64,000 nucleotides of DNA from Anaeromyxobacteraceae bacterium (lineage in GTDB: Bacteria; Myxococcota; Myxococcia; Myxococcales; Anaeromyxobacteraceae). Below the pieces are notes generated by a model that was given only the letters and a program-made list of their open reading frames with translations, made no database searches and was not told the origin of the DNA. The position numbers and the translations under genes were made by a program. Shown here in pieces: positions 29,301-38,521 of the stretch (its first letter is position 1; every line of letters starts with the position of its first letter). The stretch lies in NCBI GenBank assembly GCA_047602405.1, contig JASGHJ010000002.1, positions 2,208,001 through 2,272,000 of the forward strand, read 5' to 3'.

Positions 29301-30893
29301 GGCGAGGAACACGCCGTAGAGCCCGCGATCCGGGATGGTGCCGGCGTTCACGACCGCGACCCGCTTCGCGCCCTCCCGCGCCCGGAGCACGCCGGCCACG
29401 CGGTCCCAGGTCACGCGCGGCCGGAGCTCCGCGAACTCGTCGGACGGGTACCGGCCGGAGAGCATGTCGAGGACGTTCTCGAACGTGCTCGCGGCGAGGC
29501 CGGCGAACGGGGCGGCGCCGCGCACGCGGGCGAGGAGCGCCTCGGCCGGCCAGTCCTCCGCGGAGACCATCGCCACGACCTGCTGCGCGAGCACGTCGAG
29601 CGGGTTCCGCGGGTAGCGCGTCGCCTCGACCTCGCCCTCCTCCATCGCCGCGGTGAGCGCCGCGCAGGCGACGAGGTCGGCCCGGAACTTCGGGAAGAGC
29701 ACCCCGCGGCTCGTCGCCCCCACGTGGTGGCCGCCGCGGCCGATGCGCTGCATCCCGCTCGCGACCGACGGCGGCGCCTCGATCTGCACCACGAGGTCGA
29801 TCGCGCCCATGTCGATGCCGAGCTCGAGCGAGGAGGTCGCGACGAGACCCCGCACCTTGCCGGCCTTGAGCGCGTCCTCGATGGCGAGCCGCTGGGGGCG
29901 GGCGATGGAGCCGTGGTGGGCGTAGACGAGGTTCTCGCCGGCGAGCTCGTTGAGCGCCGCCGCGAGCCGCTCGGCCACGCGGCGCGAGTTCACGAAGACG
30001 AGCGTGCTCCGGTGGGCGCGCACGAGCTCGAGCAGCCGCGGGTGGATCGCCGTCCAGATCGACGCGCGCTGGGTCCCGGAGGCCGGCCCGTCGGGCACCT
30101 CGAGCGGCTCGCCGAGCCGCGCCATGTCCTCGACCGGCACCTCGACCTTGAGCTCGAGCGCCTTCTTCGCCCCGGCGTCGACGACCGTGACCGGGCGCCA
30201 GGCGGGGGGCGCCTCGACGCCGCCGGGCTCCGCCGGCGCCGTGCCGCCGAGGAACCGCGCGACCTCGTCGAGCGGCCGCTGGGTCGCGGAGAGGCCGATC
30301 CGCTGCAGCGGCCGGCCCACGAGCGCCTCGAGCCGCTCGAGCGAGAGCGCGAGGTGGGCGCCGCGCTTCGTCGGGACGAGCGCGTGGATCTCGTCGACGA
30401 TGACGGTCTCCACCGCGCGCAGCGCCTCCCGGCTCCGCGAGGTCAGGAGGAGGTACAGCGACTCGGGCGTGGTGATGAGGATGTCGGCCGGGTCGCGCGC
30501 GAGGCGGGCGCGCTCCTTCGGCGGGGTGTCGCCCGTGCGCACGGCGACCGCGGGGGCGCGGTGGGGCTCGCCCGCCGCGGCGGCGGTCCGGACGATGCCG
30601 GCGAGCGGGGCGCGCAGGTTCCGCTCCACGTCCACCGCGAGGGCCTTGAGCGGCGACACGTACACGACCCGCAGCCGGCTGCGGCGCTCCGGCTCGGGCG
30701 AGAAGACGAGGCGGTCGAGGCAGGCCAGGAAGGCGGCCAGGGTCTTCCCGGAGCCGGTCGGGGCGAGGAGGAGCGTCGATTCGCCGCGGGCGATGGCCGG
30801 CCACGCGAGCGCCTGCGCGCGGGTCGGCGCGCCGAACGCCCCCTCGAACCACGTGCGCACCGCCGGCCGGAACGACGCCAGGGCGGAGGACAT
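26373..30893 (-). CDS. lhr: Lhr-family ATP-dependent DEAD/H helicase (full length, ~1506 aa)
   Basis: APTGSGKT, SPLKAL, TTPESL, DEIH, SAT, HHGS, SSLELGID, QRIGR; C-terminal winged-helix/glycosylase-like region. Confidence 0.92.
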   Translation of the reverse strand: MSSALASFRPAVRTWFEGAFGAPTRAQALAWPAIARGESTLLLAPTGSGKTLAAFLACLDRLVFSPEPERRSRLRVVYVSPLKALAVDVERNLRAPLAGIVRTAAAAGEPHRAPAVAVRTGDTPPKERARLARDPADILITTPESLYLLLTSRSREALRAVETVIVDEIHALVPTKRGAHLALSLERLEALVGRPLQRIGLSATQRPLDEVARFLGGTAPAEPGGVEAPPAWRPVTVVDAGAKKALELKVEVPVEDMARLGEPLEVPDGPASGTQRASIWTAIHPRLLELVRAHRSTLVFVNSRRVAERLAAALNELAGENLVYAHHGSIARPQRLAIEDALKAGKVRGLVATSSLELGIDMGAIDLVVQIEAPPSVASGMQRIGRGGHHVGATSRGVLFPKFRADLVACAALTAAMEEGEVEATRYPRNPLDVLAQQVVAMVSAEDWPAEALLARVRGAAPFAGLAASTFENVLDMLSGRYPSDEFAELRPRVTWDRVAGVLRAREGAKRVAVVNAGTIPDRGLYGVFLAGGEKAGRTRVGELDEEMVFESRPGETFLLGASTWRIEEITHDRVLVSPAPGEPGKMPFWKGDQVGRPLELGRRIGRLVRELREVPRTAARDRLVARHRLDPGAAENLLRFLEDQEAATKAVPDDRTIVVERTRDEYGDWRVCLLTPFGGQVLAPWSMAAAARLRERDGVDPELLWTNDGFALRMPESDQPPDVSFLFPDPEEAEDLVVRQLGASALFAARFREASGRALLLPRRRPGQRTPLWQQRKRASDLLNVASRYPGFPILLEAYRECLQDQFDLPALVELLRDVRGRRVRTVTVDSRVPSPFAASLLFGFVASFIYDGDAPLAERKAQALAIDQAQLRALLGEAELRELLDADSMAALEAQLQHLDPELRARSVDGLADLLLRLGDLTRAELVARSATPEVAAAVDRLVEERRAVPLRVAGEERLCAVEDAARYRDGLGVPLPPGIPEALLGPVPDALDGLAARWARRHAPFPTGDLAARFGLARAAAEEVLRRLHARGRLLEGAFRPHGTEREWCDPEVLRSLRRRSLARLREEVEPVEPPVLGRLLASWHGVVRRGRGLDAVLDAVEKLQGAPLAASLLETELLPARVDGYLRGDLDRLAAGGEVAWVGLEPLGERDGRVALYLADALPRLLPPGAPAGPPPEGREAALLEHLAARGASFFPELHAACGGGYEQATLDALWSLVWRGLVTNDTFQALRAYAAGPGGARERARRVATGRPERFRSRLATPPAGGGRWTLVEARRAGAERPSPTEWSAAMAQQLLARHGVVTRGIAAWEGLPGGFSAVYDVLRHLEESGRIRRGYFVAGVGALQFAQPAVLDLLRSLRAPPEVPEVVVLSATDPANPWGAALEWPAARPEATRRPARAVGAQVVLVDGAPGAWVAKGGRQLLAFLPEEEPERSRVGQAVAGAVAELARAAQARQEGALVEEIDGAPAPAHPLAAYLVAAGFTPGAQGLQLGRRDRVTPGG

Positions 30894-31042
30894 CGTCGTC
30901 CCGTCCGAGCGTCCCTGCCCTCCGGAGCCTGCCATTCGGATGTTTGTAACCGATCCCCCCGTCGCGGGCCCGGGTGCGCGCGCCCGCCCCGCATGTTCGG
31001 TGGCGCGCGCGGCCGGCGCCTGCGAGGCTGGGGATCCCGCGC

Positions 31043-33342
31043 ATGGCGAGCTTTCCCCAGACCCTCGCGACGACCGGCCGCAACGCCGCGCCGGCCCTCG
31101 TGCTCGCGACGGCGCTCGTCGCGACGGGGCTCTCCTACCTCTCGGCGCGCTCCGTCGCGGACGTCCAGGTGGCGCGGCGGTTCGAGGACATCGGCGAGGG
31201 CGCGACGGGCGCGCTGCGGCAGCGGATGGACGCGTACCTCCTCATGCTCCGGTCGCTCGCCGGGCTCTCGAACGCGCTCGACCGGGCGCCCACCCGCGCC
31301 GAGTTCCGCGCCCAGTACGAGGCCCTCGAAGCGGCCTCGCACTTCCCGGGCATCCAGGGGCTCGGATGGGTGACCTTGCTCTCCCCGGGGAGCTCGAGGC
31401 GCACGAGCGCGCGGTGCGGGCCACCGGGATCCCGGGCTACCGGGTCTGGCCCCCCGGCCCGCGCGCGGTGATGACGAGCATCGTCCACATCGAGCCGCTC
31501 GACTGGCGCAACCAGCGCGCGGTCGGGTTCGACATGTACTCGGAGCCCGTCCGCCGCGAGGCGATGGAGCGCGCCCGGGACACCGGGCAGCCCGCCGCCA
31601 CCGGCCGGGTCGAGCTCGTCCAGGAGGCTGGCGCGACCCGGCAGGCAGGCTTCCTCGTCTACCTGCCCGTCTACCGCGGCGGCGACCCGCCGGAGACCTT
31701 GGAGGAGCGTCGGGCGCGCCTCATCGGGTGGGTCTACGCGCCCTTCCGGGCCGGCGACCTGCTCGCGGGCACCCTCGCCGTCGCCGACATCCCCGGGATG
31801 CGGCTCGACATACACGACGGCCAGGGCGCGGAGCCGGGGACGCTCCTCGCGGCGCTGGGCGAGCCCGAGGCGGCGGAGCCGCCGGTGCGCGTGCGGGTCA
31901 CGCACGTGGAGGTGGGCGGCCGCACGTGGACGCTGCGCCTCTCGGCCGGGCCCGCCTTCGCGCAGCCCGCCGAGCGCCAGCTCCCGCGCATCGTGGCGGC
32001 GATCTCGGCGGCGATCGCCCTCCTCCTCTTCTGGATCTCCTGGCGGGAGGCCCAGGCCCGCGGCCGCGCGGAGCGCACCGCGCTCCGGAACGCCTTCCTC
32101 GCCGACGCGGGGCGGCTGCTCGCCGCGTCCTTCGACTACTTCCGCACGCTCGACGACGTCGTGCGGCTCGCGGCGGGCCAGATCGCCGACGGGGCGATCG
32201 TCCAGCTCGTGGAGCCGGCCGAGCCGCTCTGGCTCGTCGCGCACCGGGACCCCGCGGCCGGCCGGGCCATCGCGTCGGCGCTCCGGGGCTGGCGCCCGCG
32301 CAGCGAGGACGCGGTCGGCCCGCTCGCGGCGCTGCGCACCGGCGCGCCCATCGTGGTGCGCCGGATCGCCTGGGACGCCCCGCCCCTCGCCGGCAAGCCC
32401 GAGCTCGCCGGCGCGCTCCGCGCGGCGGGGGTCCGCGCCGCCCTGGCCGTGCCGCTCGTCGCCCGCGGCGAGCCCCTCGGCGCCGTCGTGCTGCTCTCCT
32501 CGCGCCGCCTGCGGCCCTTCCCGCCGGAGTCGGTCGCGCTCGGCGAGGATCTCGCCCGCCTCGTGGTCGCCGCCGTCGAGAGCGCCCGCCTCTACCGGCG
32601 CGCGCAGGACGCGGTCCGCAGCCGCGACGAGTTCCTCTCCATCGCCTCCCACGAGCTCAAGACCCCCATCACCTCGCTCGCGCTGCAGGCCGACAGCCTC
32701 CGCTCGTCGGCGACGCGCGGGGACACCGACGCCCTCGTGCGCAAGATCGAGGTGGTCCGCCGGAACGTGCGCCGCCTGTCGAACCTCGTCTCCACGATGC
32801 TCGACCTGTCCCGCATCCAGGCCGGCCGCCTCGACCTCGAGCCGGAGCTCGTCGACCTCGGCGAGCTCGCCCGGGAGGTCGTGGTGCGCCACGGGGAGGA
32901 GGCCGAGCGGGCCCACGTGACGCTGCGGCTCGACGCGCCCGAGCCGGTGATCGGCCGGTGGGACCGGCTCCGCCTCGAGCAGGTGGTCACGAACCTCGTC
33001 ACGAACGCCCTCAAGTACGGGCGGGGCCATCCGGTCGACGTGCGGGCGCGCGGCGCCGGGGACCGGGCGGTCCTCGAGGTGCGGGACCGCGGCATCGGCA
33101 TCGCGCTCGACGACCAGCCCCGCATCTTCGAGCGGTTCGAGCGCGCGGTCTCCGACCGGCACTACGGCGGGTTCGGGCTCGGGCTCTGGATCGTCCGCGA
33201 GGTGGTCGGGGCGATGGGCGGCCAGATCCGGCTGCAGAGCGCGCCCGGCGAGGGCTCCACGTTCACGGTCGAGCTCCGGCGCGCGCCGGACGAGGCCTCA
33301 CCCGCACCGGCGCCGTCGCGCGCCGGCCCAGGAGCCGCCTAG
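31043..33342 (+). CDS. CHASE-GAF sensor histidine kinase; -1 frameshift at ~31388
   Basis: FPGIQGLGW / IEPLDWRNQRAVGFDMYSEPVRREAM (CHASE), GAF, ASHELKTP, NLVTNALKY, GFGLGL. Confidence 0.85.
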
Positions 33343-33345
33343 CGC

Positions 33346-34260
33346 ATGACCGGCAACCTCTCCCGCTTCGCCTGGCTCTCCATCGCCGCCGCGATCGTGA
33401 CGATCGCGCTCAAGACCCTGGCCTGGCGGGTCACCGGCTCGGTCGGCCTCCTCTCCGACGCGCTCGAGTCGCTCGTGAACCTCGCCGCGGCGGTGATGAC
33501 CCTCCTCATGCTGGGGCTCGCCTCGCGCCCGGCGGACGAGGCGCACGCCTACGGCTACTCGAAGGCCGAGTACTTCGCGAGCGGCGTCGAGGGCGCGCTG
33601 ATCCTGCTCGCCGCCGCCGGCATCGCCTGGACCGCGGTGCCGCGCCTCCTCGCGCCGCAGCCCGTCGAGCAGGCGGGGCTGGGCCTCGCGATCTCGACCG
33701 GCGCGTCGCTCGTCAACCTCGCGGTGGGCCAGGTGATGCTCCGGGCCGGGCGCCGCCACCGGTCGATCGCGCTCGAGGCGGACGGCCACCACCTCATGAC
33801 CGACGTCTGGACCTCGGCCGGGGTCATCCTCGCCGTCGGCGCCGTCGCGGTGACCGGCTGGGTGCGCCTCGATCCGCTGATCGCGCTCCTCGTGGCCGCG
33901 AACATCGTCTGGACCGGCGTCCGCATCGTCCGGCGCTCCGCGCTCGGGCTGCTCGACCGCGCGCTCGACCCGGAGGAGCTCGTGCGGGTGCACCAGGTGA
34001 TCGAGGGGCACGCCGCCCGCGGGGTGCAGTTCCACGCGCTGCGCACCCGGCAGGCGGGCTCGCGGCGCTTCGTGTCGATGCACGTCCTCGTGCCGGGGGA
34101 CTGGACCGTCACGCGCGGCCACGACCTCGTCGAGGAGATCGAGGCGGAGATCCGCGCGGCGGTGCCGAACGTCAACGTGCTCACGCACCTCGAGCCGGTC
34201 GAGGATCCGGCGTCGTTCGAGGACGTGGAGCTCGACCGCTCCGCCGCGCCGCCCGGCTGA
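33346..34260 (+). CDS. Cation diffusion facilitator (FieF-like) metal transporter
   Basis: [31 protein letters not shown]-terminal HLEP dimerisation domain. Confidence 0.9.
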   Translation: MTGNLSRFAWLSIAAAIVTIALKTLAWRVTGSVGLLSDALESLVNLAAAVMTLLMLGLASRPADEAHAYGYSKAEYFASGVEGALILLAAAGIAWTAVPRLLAPQPVEQAGLGLAISTGASLVNLAVGQVMLRAGRRHRSIALEADGHHLMTDVWTSAGVILAVGAVAVTGWVRLDPLIALLVAANIVWTGVRIVRRSALGLLDRALDPEELVRVHQVIEGHAARGVQFHALRTRQAGSRRFVSMHVLVPGDWTVTRGHDLVEEIEAEIRAAVPNVNVLTHLEPVEDPASFEDVELDRSAAPPG

Positions 34261-34279
34261 GGCGCCGCCCGGCCGCGGC

Positions 34280-35095
34280 TCACTGCACGAGCTGCTCGTC
34301 GGCGTGCTGCGCCGCCTCGAGCTCGCCCATCCAGGCCCTGAGGCCCTCGAACTCGCGGACGACCCGGCCGTGGGGGAGGGGCTCGGGCCATTCCCCGCGG
34401 CCGCCCACCACGAGCTCGACCCCGCGCTGCCGGCAGGCCTCGCCGACGACGGTCGCCTGCTCGGCGAGCGTCGACCGGTTCGCGACGACGCTCGCGGACA
34501 GCACGACCGCGTCCATGCCGCCCTGCGCGACCATCCGCTGGATCTCCCCGGTCGGCGTGCGCCGGCCCGACCACCGGACGTTCCAGCCGGCCTCCTTCAG
34601 GCAGACCTCCACGAGCCCGAGGCCCAGCATGTGCTCCTCGCCCTCGGCGGTGGCGAGCAGCACGCGGGGCGCGGAGGGGCGCGCCGGCAGCGACTCGGCG
34701 CAGCGGCTCAGGGCGCGCGAGAGGCGCTCGGAGGCGAGGTGCTCCTCCACGATGCCGATCCGGCCGTCCTGCCAGCGGCGGCCCAGCTCCTCGATCTCGG
34801 GCGCGACCCAGATCGCGACGCGCCACCAGGCCCCCAGGCGGGCCCGCTGCTCGAGGAGGGTCGCCTGGATGCCGAGCACGTCCTCGTCGCCGAGCAGGCG
34901 GTCGACGAGGCTCGGGCTGTGGCCCGTGACCCCCTCGCGGCTCCGCCGGAAGCGCTCCACCGCCTCGAGCGTGTAGCGGCGGTGGCGGCCGGCGGTGCGG
35001 ACGCACTCGATCTTGCCGTCGTCCGACCACCGCTTGACGGTGCCCGTGGAGACGCCCAGGAGGGAGGCCACGTCGCTGCTCGTGAGGAGGCGCAT
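34280..35095 (-). CDS. CarH/LitR-like regulator: MerR/excisionase-type HTH plus cobalamin-binding domain
   Basis: HTH VASLLGVSTGTVKRW...RTAGRHRRY; W-x9-EH (WQDGRIGIVEEH); E-x-H-x-x-G (EEHMLG); LSAS and VGGRG. Confidence 0.85.
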   Translation of the reverse strand: MRLLTSSDVASLLGVSTGTVKRWSDDGKIECVRTAGRHRRYTLEAVERFRRSREGVTGHSPSLVDRLLGDEDVLGIQATLLEQRARLGAWWRVAIWVAPEIEELGRRWQDGRIGIVEEHLASERLSRALSRCAESLPARPSAPRVLLATAEGEEHMLGLGLVEVCLKEAGWNVRWSGRRTPTGEIQRMVAQGGMDAVVLSASVVANRSTLAEQATVVGEACRQRGVELVVGGRGEWPEPLPHGRVVREFEGLRAWMGELEAAQHADEQLVQ

Positions 35096-35111
35096 CGAGG
35101 AGACTCCGTGC

Positions 35112-35843
35112 TCAGGCTGCGGTGCGCTCCGGGTCGGCGCTCGACTCCGCGAGGGCCGTGGCGAGGTACCGGTGCAGGTACTGCTTCGCCTTCAGCTCCA
35201 CCTGGCGGACCCGCTCGCGCGAGACGCCCCAGCGCTTGCCGATGTCCTCGAGGGTGGTGGGATCGTCCTGCTGCAGGCGGTTGTGGATGATGTCCCAGCC
35301 GAGCTCGCCGATGCGCTTGCGCACCTTCACGAGCGCAGCGCGGATCTCGTGATCGCCCTCGGCGGAGAGGAAGCGGTCCTCGGGGCCGGGGCCGTCGTCC
35401 TCGAGCCGGTCGAGGTGCGTGACGTCGCCGTCGTCGTCGAAGGTCAGGTCGAGCGAGAGGTCGGACTGCGCCACGGTGCCGCTCTGCGGGCGCACCGAGG
35501 AGCGGACCTCCTTGAGGTACTTCCCGATGTACGCGCGGATCCACCAGACCGCGTAGGTGGAGAAGCGCGTGCCGGCGTGCGGGTCGAACTTCTCGATCGC
35601 GCGCATCAGGCCGACGTTGCCCTCCTGGATCACGTCGTCGAGCCGCACCGATCCGAGCCGCTGGCGGCGGGCGATGGCGACGACGAACGCGAGGTTGTGC
35701 TGCGCGAGCTGCTGCTTCGCGCGCACGTCGCCGCCCCTCGCGCGGACGGCGACCGCGTGCTCCTCGTCGCGCGAGAGCGGCGGGTGCGCGCGGATGGCGC
35801 GGAGGTACGGCGCGAGCTCGTCGGAATCCTTCCTGGTGCGCAT
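35112..35843 (-). CDS. Alternative sigma-70 family RNA polymerase sigma factor (RpoH/RpoS-like)
   Basis: Region 1.2 YLRAI, region 2 DVIQEGNVGLMRAIEKFD..RFSTYAVWWIR, region 4 TLEDIG..GVSRERVRQVE; GAGGA RBS supports the 35843 start. Confidence 0.88.
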   Translation of the reverse strand: MRTRKDSDELAPYLRAIRAHPPLSRDEEHAVAVRARGGDVRAKQQLAQHNLAFVVAIARRQRLGSVRLDDVIQEGNVGLMRAIEKFDPHAGTRFSTYAVWWIRAYIGKYLKEVRSSVRPQSGTVAQSDLSLDLTFDDDGDVTHLDRLEDDGPGPEDRFLSAEGDHEIRAALVKVRKRIGELGWDIIHNRLQQDDPTTLEDIGKRWGVSRERVRQVELKAKQYLHRYLATALAESSADPERTAA

Positions 35844-35889
35844 GAGCATTCCTCGATCTCCCCGTCTGCGTTCGTTCTTGACGGAGGTC

Positions 35890-35929
35890 ATTATGGACGG
35901 AAAAGACGTTTCATTGCAACCGAAACGTC
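35890..35929 (-). promoter_or_regulatory. Sigma70-type promoter (TTGCAA-N18-CATAAT) with an overlapping inverted repeat GACGTTTC-N9-GAAACGTC
   Basis: AT-rich island; -35 at 35914-35919, -10 at 35890-35895; palindrome arms at 35905-35912 and 35922-35929. Confidence 0.55.
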
Positions 35930-36062
35930 CAAATCGGCGCTTCCATGGTCGTTTCGGCCGTCATGCTGCGCCAGATGCGTCCCCCTAAGGGTCGCATCCG
36001 GGCGCCTGGGGCTCGGAGGAGGGCTCGGCGGGAGCTCCGGCCAGGTCGGCCGGGAGGGCGCT

Positions 36063-36539
36063 TCAGGGCTGGCGGGACGCCTGATCCACGGAGAGCGTCA
36101 CCCGCCCCGCGCGCACGCGCACGGTCGCGGCGACGGACAGGCCGCGGACGGCGAGCGGGACGGCGTCGATGGCGAGCGGCGCGGGCGCCGAGTCGTTGCC
36201 GGCGAGGGCGCGCGCGGCGACGACGGCCGCCTCCACCGGACTCGAGGTCACCGCGGGGCGCGGCGGCGGCAGCGCCCCGCCGGCCGTCGGCACCGGGCGA
36301 GGCGCGGCCACGGCAGCGGGCGGCGGCGGGTGCGCCGGCACGGGGGCGGCGCCGGGCGGCGGCGCAGGAGCGGGCGCGGGCTTCGCGGGCGCGGCCTTGC
36401 GCGGCAGGAGCCCGGCCCGCGCGCGCCGCTCGTTCTCCGCGTCGATGCCCGAAGGCTGCTGGGGGCGCGCCAGGGCCGGCGCACCGGCGGAGGCCGCCAC
36501 CGCGAGGGCCACCCCGACGGCGAGTCCGGCGCGCGTCAC
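36063..36539 (-). CDS. Secreted proline-rich hypothetical protein
   Basis: Signal-peptide-like N-terminus; GTG start overlaps the upstream stop (GTGA). Confidence 0.5.
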   Translation of the reverse strand: MTRAGLAVGVALAVAASAGAPALARPQQPSGIDAENERRARAGLLPRKAAPAKPAPAPAPPPGAAPVPAHPPPPAAVAAPRPVPTAGGALPPPRPAVTSSPVEAAVVAARALAGNDSAPAPLAIDAVPLAVRGLSVAATVRVRAGRVTLSVDQASRQP

Positions 36540-37009
36540 CGGCCCCCTCCGGCGGCGGCCTCTCGCGCGGGCAGCGTGCGGATGGAGGCGGCGGCCCGCC
36601 GCGCGTCGGCGAGCAGGCCGTCGAGGGCGTCCGGGGTCGCGACGAGGAAGACGCGCAGGCTCACGTCCCGGTAGGCCACCCCCGGCTCCGGTCGCCCCGG
36701 GAGGTTCACGCGCTCGACCCGCCAGGTGGCGCCGCGCGGGCCCTCTCCCGGGCGGAGCCGGATGGCGGGCAGCGCGTCGAACACGACCTCGCGCACCGCG
36801 ACGTCGAGCGAGAGCTCCACCGCCGGTGCGCCGTCCGCCCCCGGCCCGTCGACGCCGAGCGGGAGCTGCCCCGCGCCGGGCGCGGCGGCGAGCGCGAACG
36901 CGAGGGCGGTCAGGGCGACGTCGTCGCGGGGATCGGGCGAGCCCGCGCGGGCGGGGACGGCCAGGGCGACGGTGAGGGCGACGGCGGCGAGCGTGCGGCG
37001 AAGGTGCAA
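36536..37009 (-). CDS. Secreted hypothetical protein
   Basis: Signal peptide ending AVPARA; GGAG RBS; coupled to the next gene. Confidence 0.55.
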   Translation of the reverse strand: MHLRRTLAAVALTVALAVPARAGSPDPRDDVALTALAFALAAAPGAGQLPLGVDGPGADGAPAVELSLDVAVREVVFDALPAIRLRPGEGPRGATWRVERVNLPGRPEPGVAYRDVSLRVFLVATPDALDGLLADARRAAASIRTLPAREAAAGGGR

Positions 37010-37136
37010 GGCGGCTCCGGTGCTGCGGCGAGGACCGAGTTGTAAGGTCGGCCGGGACCCGGCCGCAAGCCGTCACGCGCGGGGGGAGGTCGGACGGCGC
37101 CGCACACCCGGCACGGTCGCGGCGTATCCTCGCCGG

Positions 37137-38519
37137 ATGCACCTGGACCCCGCCGCCCCGGCCGCCGCGCGCCCCGGCCTCCTCGACCGGCTGGGGCTCG
37201 GCCGGCCCGAGCTCCGCGCCTGGGCGATGTACGACGTCGCGAACTCGGCGGCGGTCACCACGATCGTCACGGCGGTGTTCCCGATCTACTTCGCGAAGGT
37301 CGCCGCGGCCGGCCTGCCGCCCACCCGCGCGACCCAGGCGGTCGCGGTCGCGAACACGGTGTCGCTCGTCCTCGTCGCGGCGCTCGCGCCGGTGCTGGGC
37401 GCGCTCGTGGACCTCAGGCCCTGGAAGAAGCGGGTGCTGGCCGCGTTCGCCGCCGTCGGCGTCGCCGCCTCGGCCGCGATGTTCCTGGTCGGGCGGGGCG
37501 ACTGGCTGCTCGCGGCGGCGCTGCTCGCGCTCGTGTCGGTGGGCCTCAACGGCAGCTTCGTCGCGTACGACGCGCTCCTCCCCCACGTCGCGCGCGAGGA
37601 CGAGCTCGACCGGGTGTCGACCGCCGGCTACGCGCTCGGCTACCTGGGCGGCGGCGCGCTCCTCGCGGTGCAGCTCGCGATCATCCTCTCGCCCGGCCTC
37701 GCCGGCATCCCGTCCGGCCCGGGCGCCTCCCCGGACGCCCTCACCCTGCCCTCCCGGCTCGCCTTCCTCACCACCGGGCTCTGGTGGGCGCTGTTCACCA
37801 TCCCGCTGCTCCGTCGCGTCCGCGAGCCCGCCATCTCCGGCGGCGGCGTCGTCGAGGGGGTCGGGGCCGCGGTGAGCGCCGCGCTCCGGCGGCTCGGCGG
37901 CACCTTCCGCACGCTCGCGCGCCACCGGCAGGCGCTCCTCATGCTCGCCGCGTTCCTGCTCTACAACGACGGCATCGGCACGATCATCCGGATGGCCGCG
38001 GCCTACGGCACCGAGATCGGGCTCGGGCAGGGCACGCTCGTCGGCGCGATCCTGATGGTGCAGTTCCTGGGCATCCCGTTCGCGTTCGCCTTCGGCGGGC
38101 TGGGCGGGCGCTTCGGCGCGAAGCGGATGGTGGTGGTCGGGCTCGCCGTCTACACGATGATCGCGGTGCTCGCCTACTTCACCACCACCGCCGCCCACTT
38201 CTGGACCCTCGCGGTGCTGGTCGCCGCCGTCCAGGGCGGGACCCAGGCGCTCTCGCGCTCCCTCTTCGCGACCCTCGTCCCGCGCCACCTCTCCGGTGAG
38301 TTCTTCGCCTTCTTCTCCGTCTCGGAGAAGTTCGCGGGCATCTTCGGGCCGCTCCTGTTCGCGCTCGCCATCGAGGCCTCCGGCTCGTCCCGGGCGGCCA
38401 TCCTGTCGGTGATCCTGTTCTTCGTCGCCGGCGGCGCGCTGCTCGCGCGGGTCGACGTGGCGCGGGGGCAGGAGGAGGCGCGCGCGGCGGAGCGCGGCGC
38501 GGCGCCACGGGCGGGCTGA
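37137..38519 (+). CDS. MFS transporter, ATG22/UMF1 family
   Basis: AWAMYDVANS, YDALLPHVA..DRVSTAGYALGYLGG, YNDGIGT, GGTQALSRS. Confidence 0.88.
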   Translation: MHLDPAAPAAARPGLLDRLGLGRPELRAWAMYDVANSAAVTTIVTAVFPIYFAKVAAAGLPPTRATQAVAVANTVSLVLVAALAPVLGALVDLRPWKKRVLAAFAAVGVAASAAMFLVGRGDWLLAAALLALVSVGLNGSFVAYDALLPHVAREDELDRVSTAGYALGYLGGGALLAVQLAIILSPGLAGIPSGPGASPDALTLPSRLAFLTTGLWWALFTIPLLRRVREPAISGGGVVEGVGAAVSAALRRLGGTFRTLARHRQALLMLAAFLLYNDGIGTIIRMAAAYGTEIGLGQGTLVGAILMVQFLGIPFAFAFGGLGGRFGAKRMVVVGLAVYTMIAVLAYFTTTAAHFWTLAVLVAAVQGGTQALSRSLFATLVPRHLSGEFFAFFSVSEKFAGIFGPLLFALAIEASGSSRAAILSVILFFVAGGALLARVDVARGQEEARAAERGAAPRAG

Positions 38520-38521
38520 CC

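Noticed and set aside
30900..30960. LexA/SOS box upstream of lhr
   Set aside because: An AT-rich patch is present but does not match the Myxococcus or Geobacter LexA consensus as I recall them
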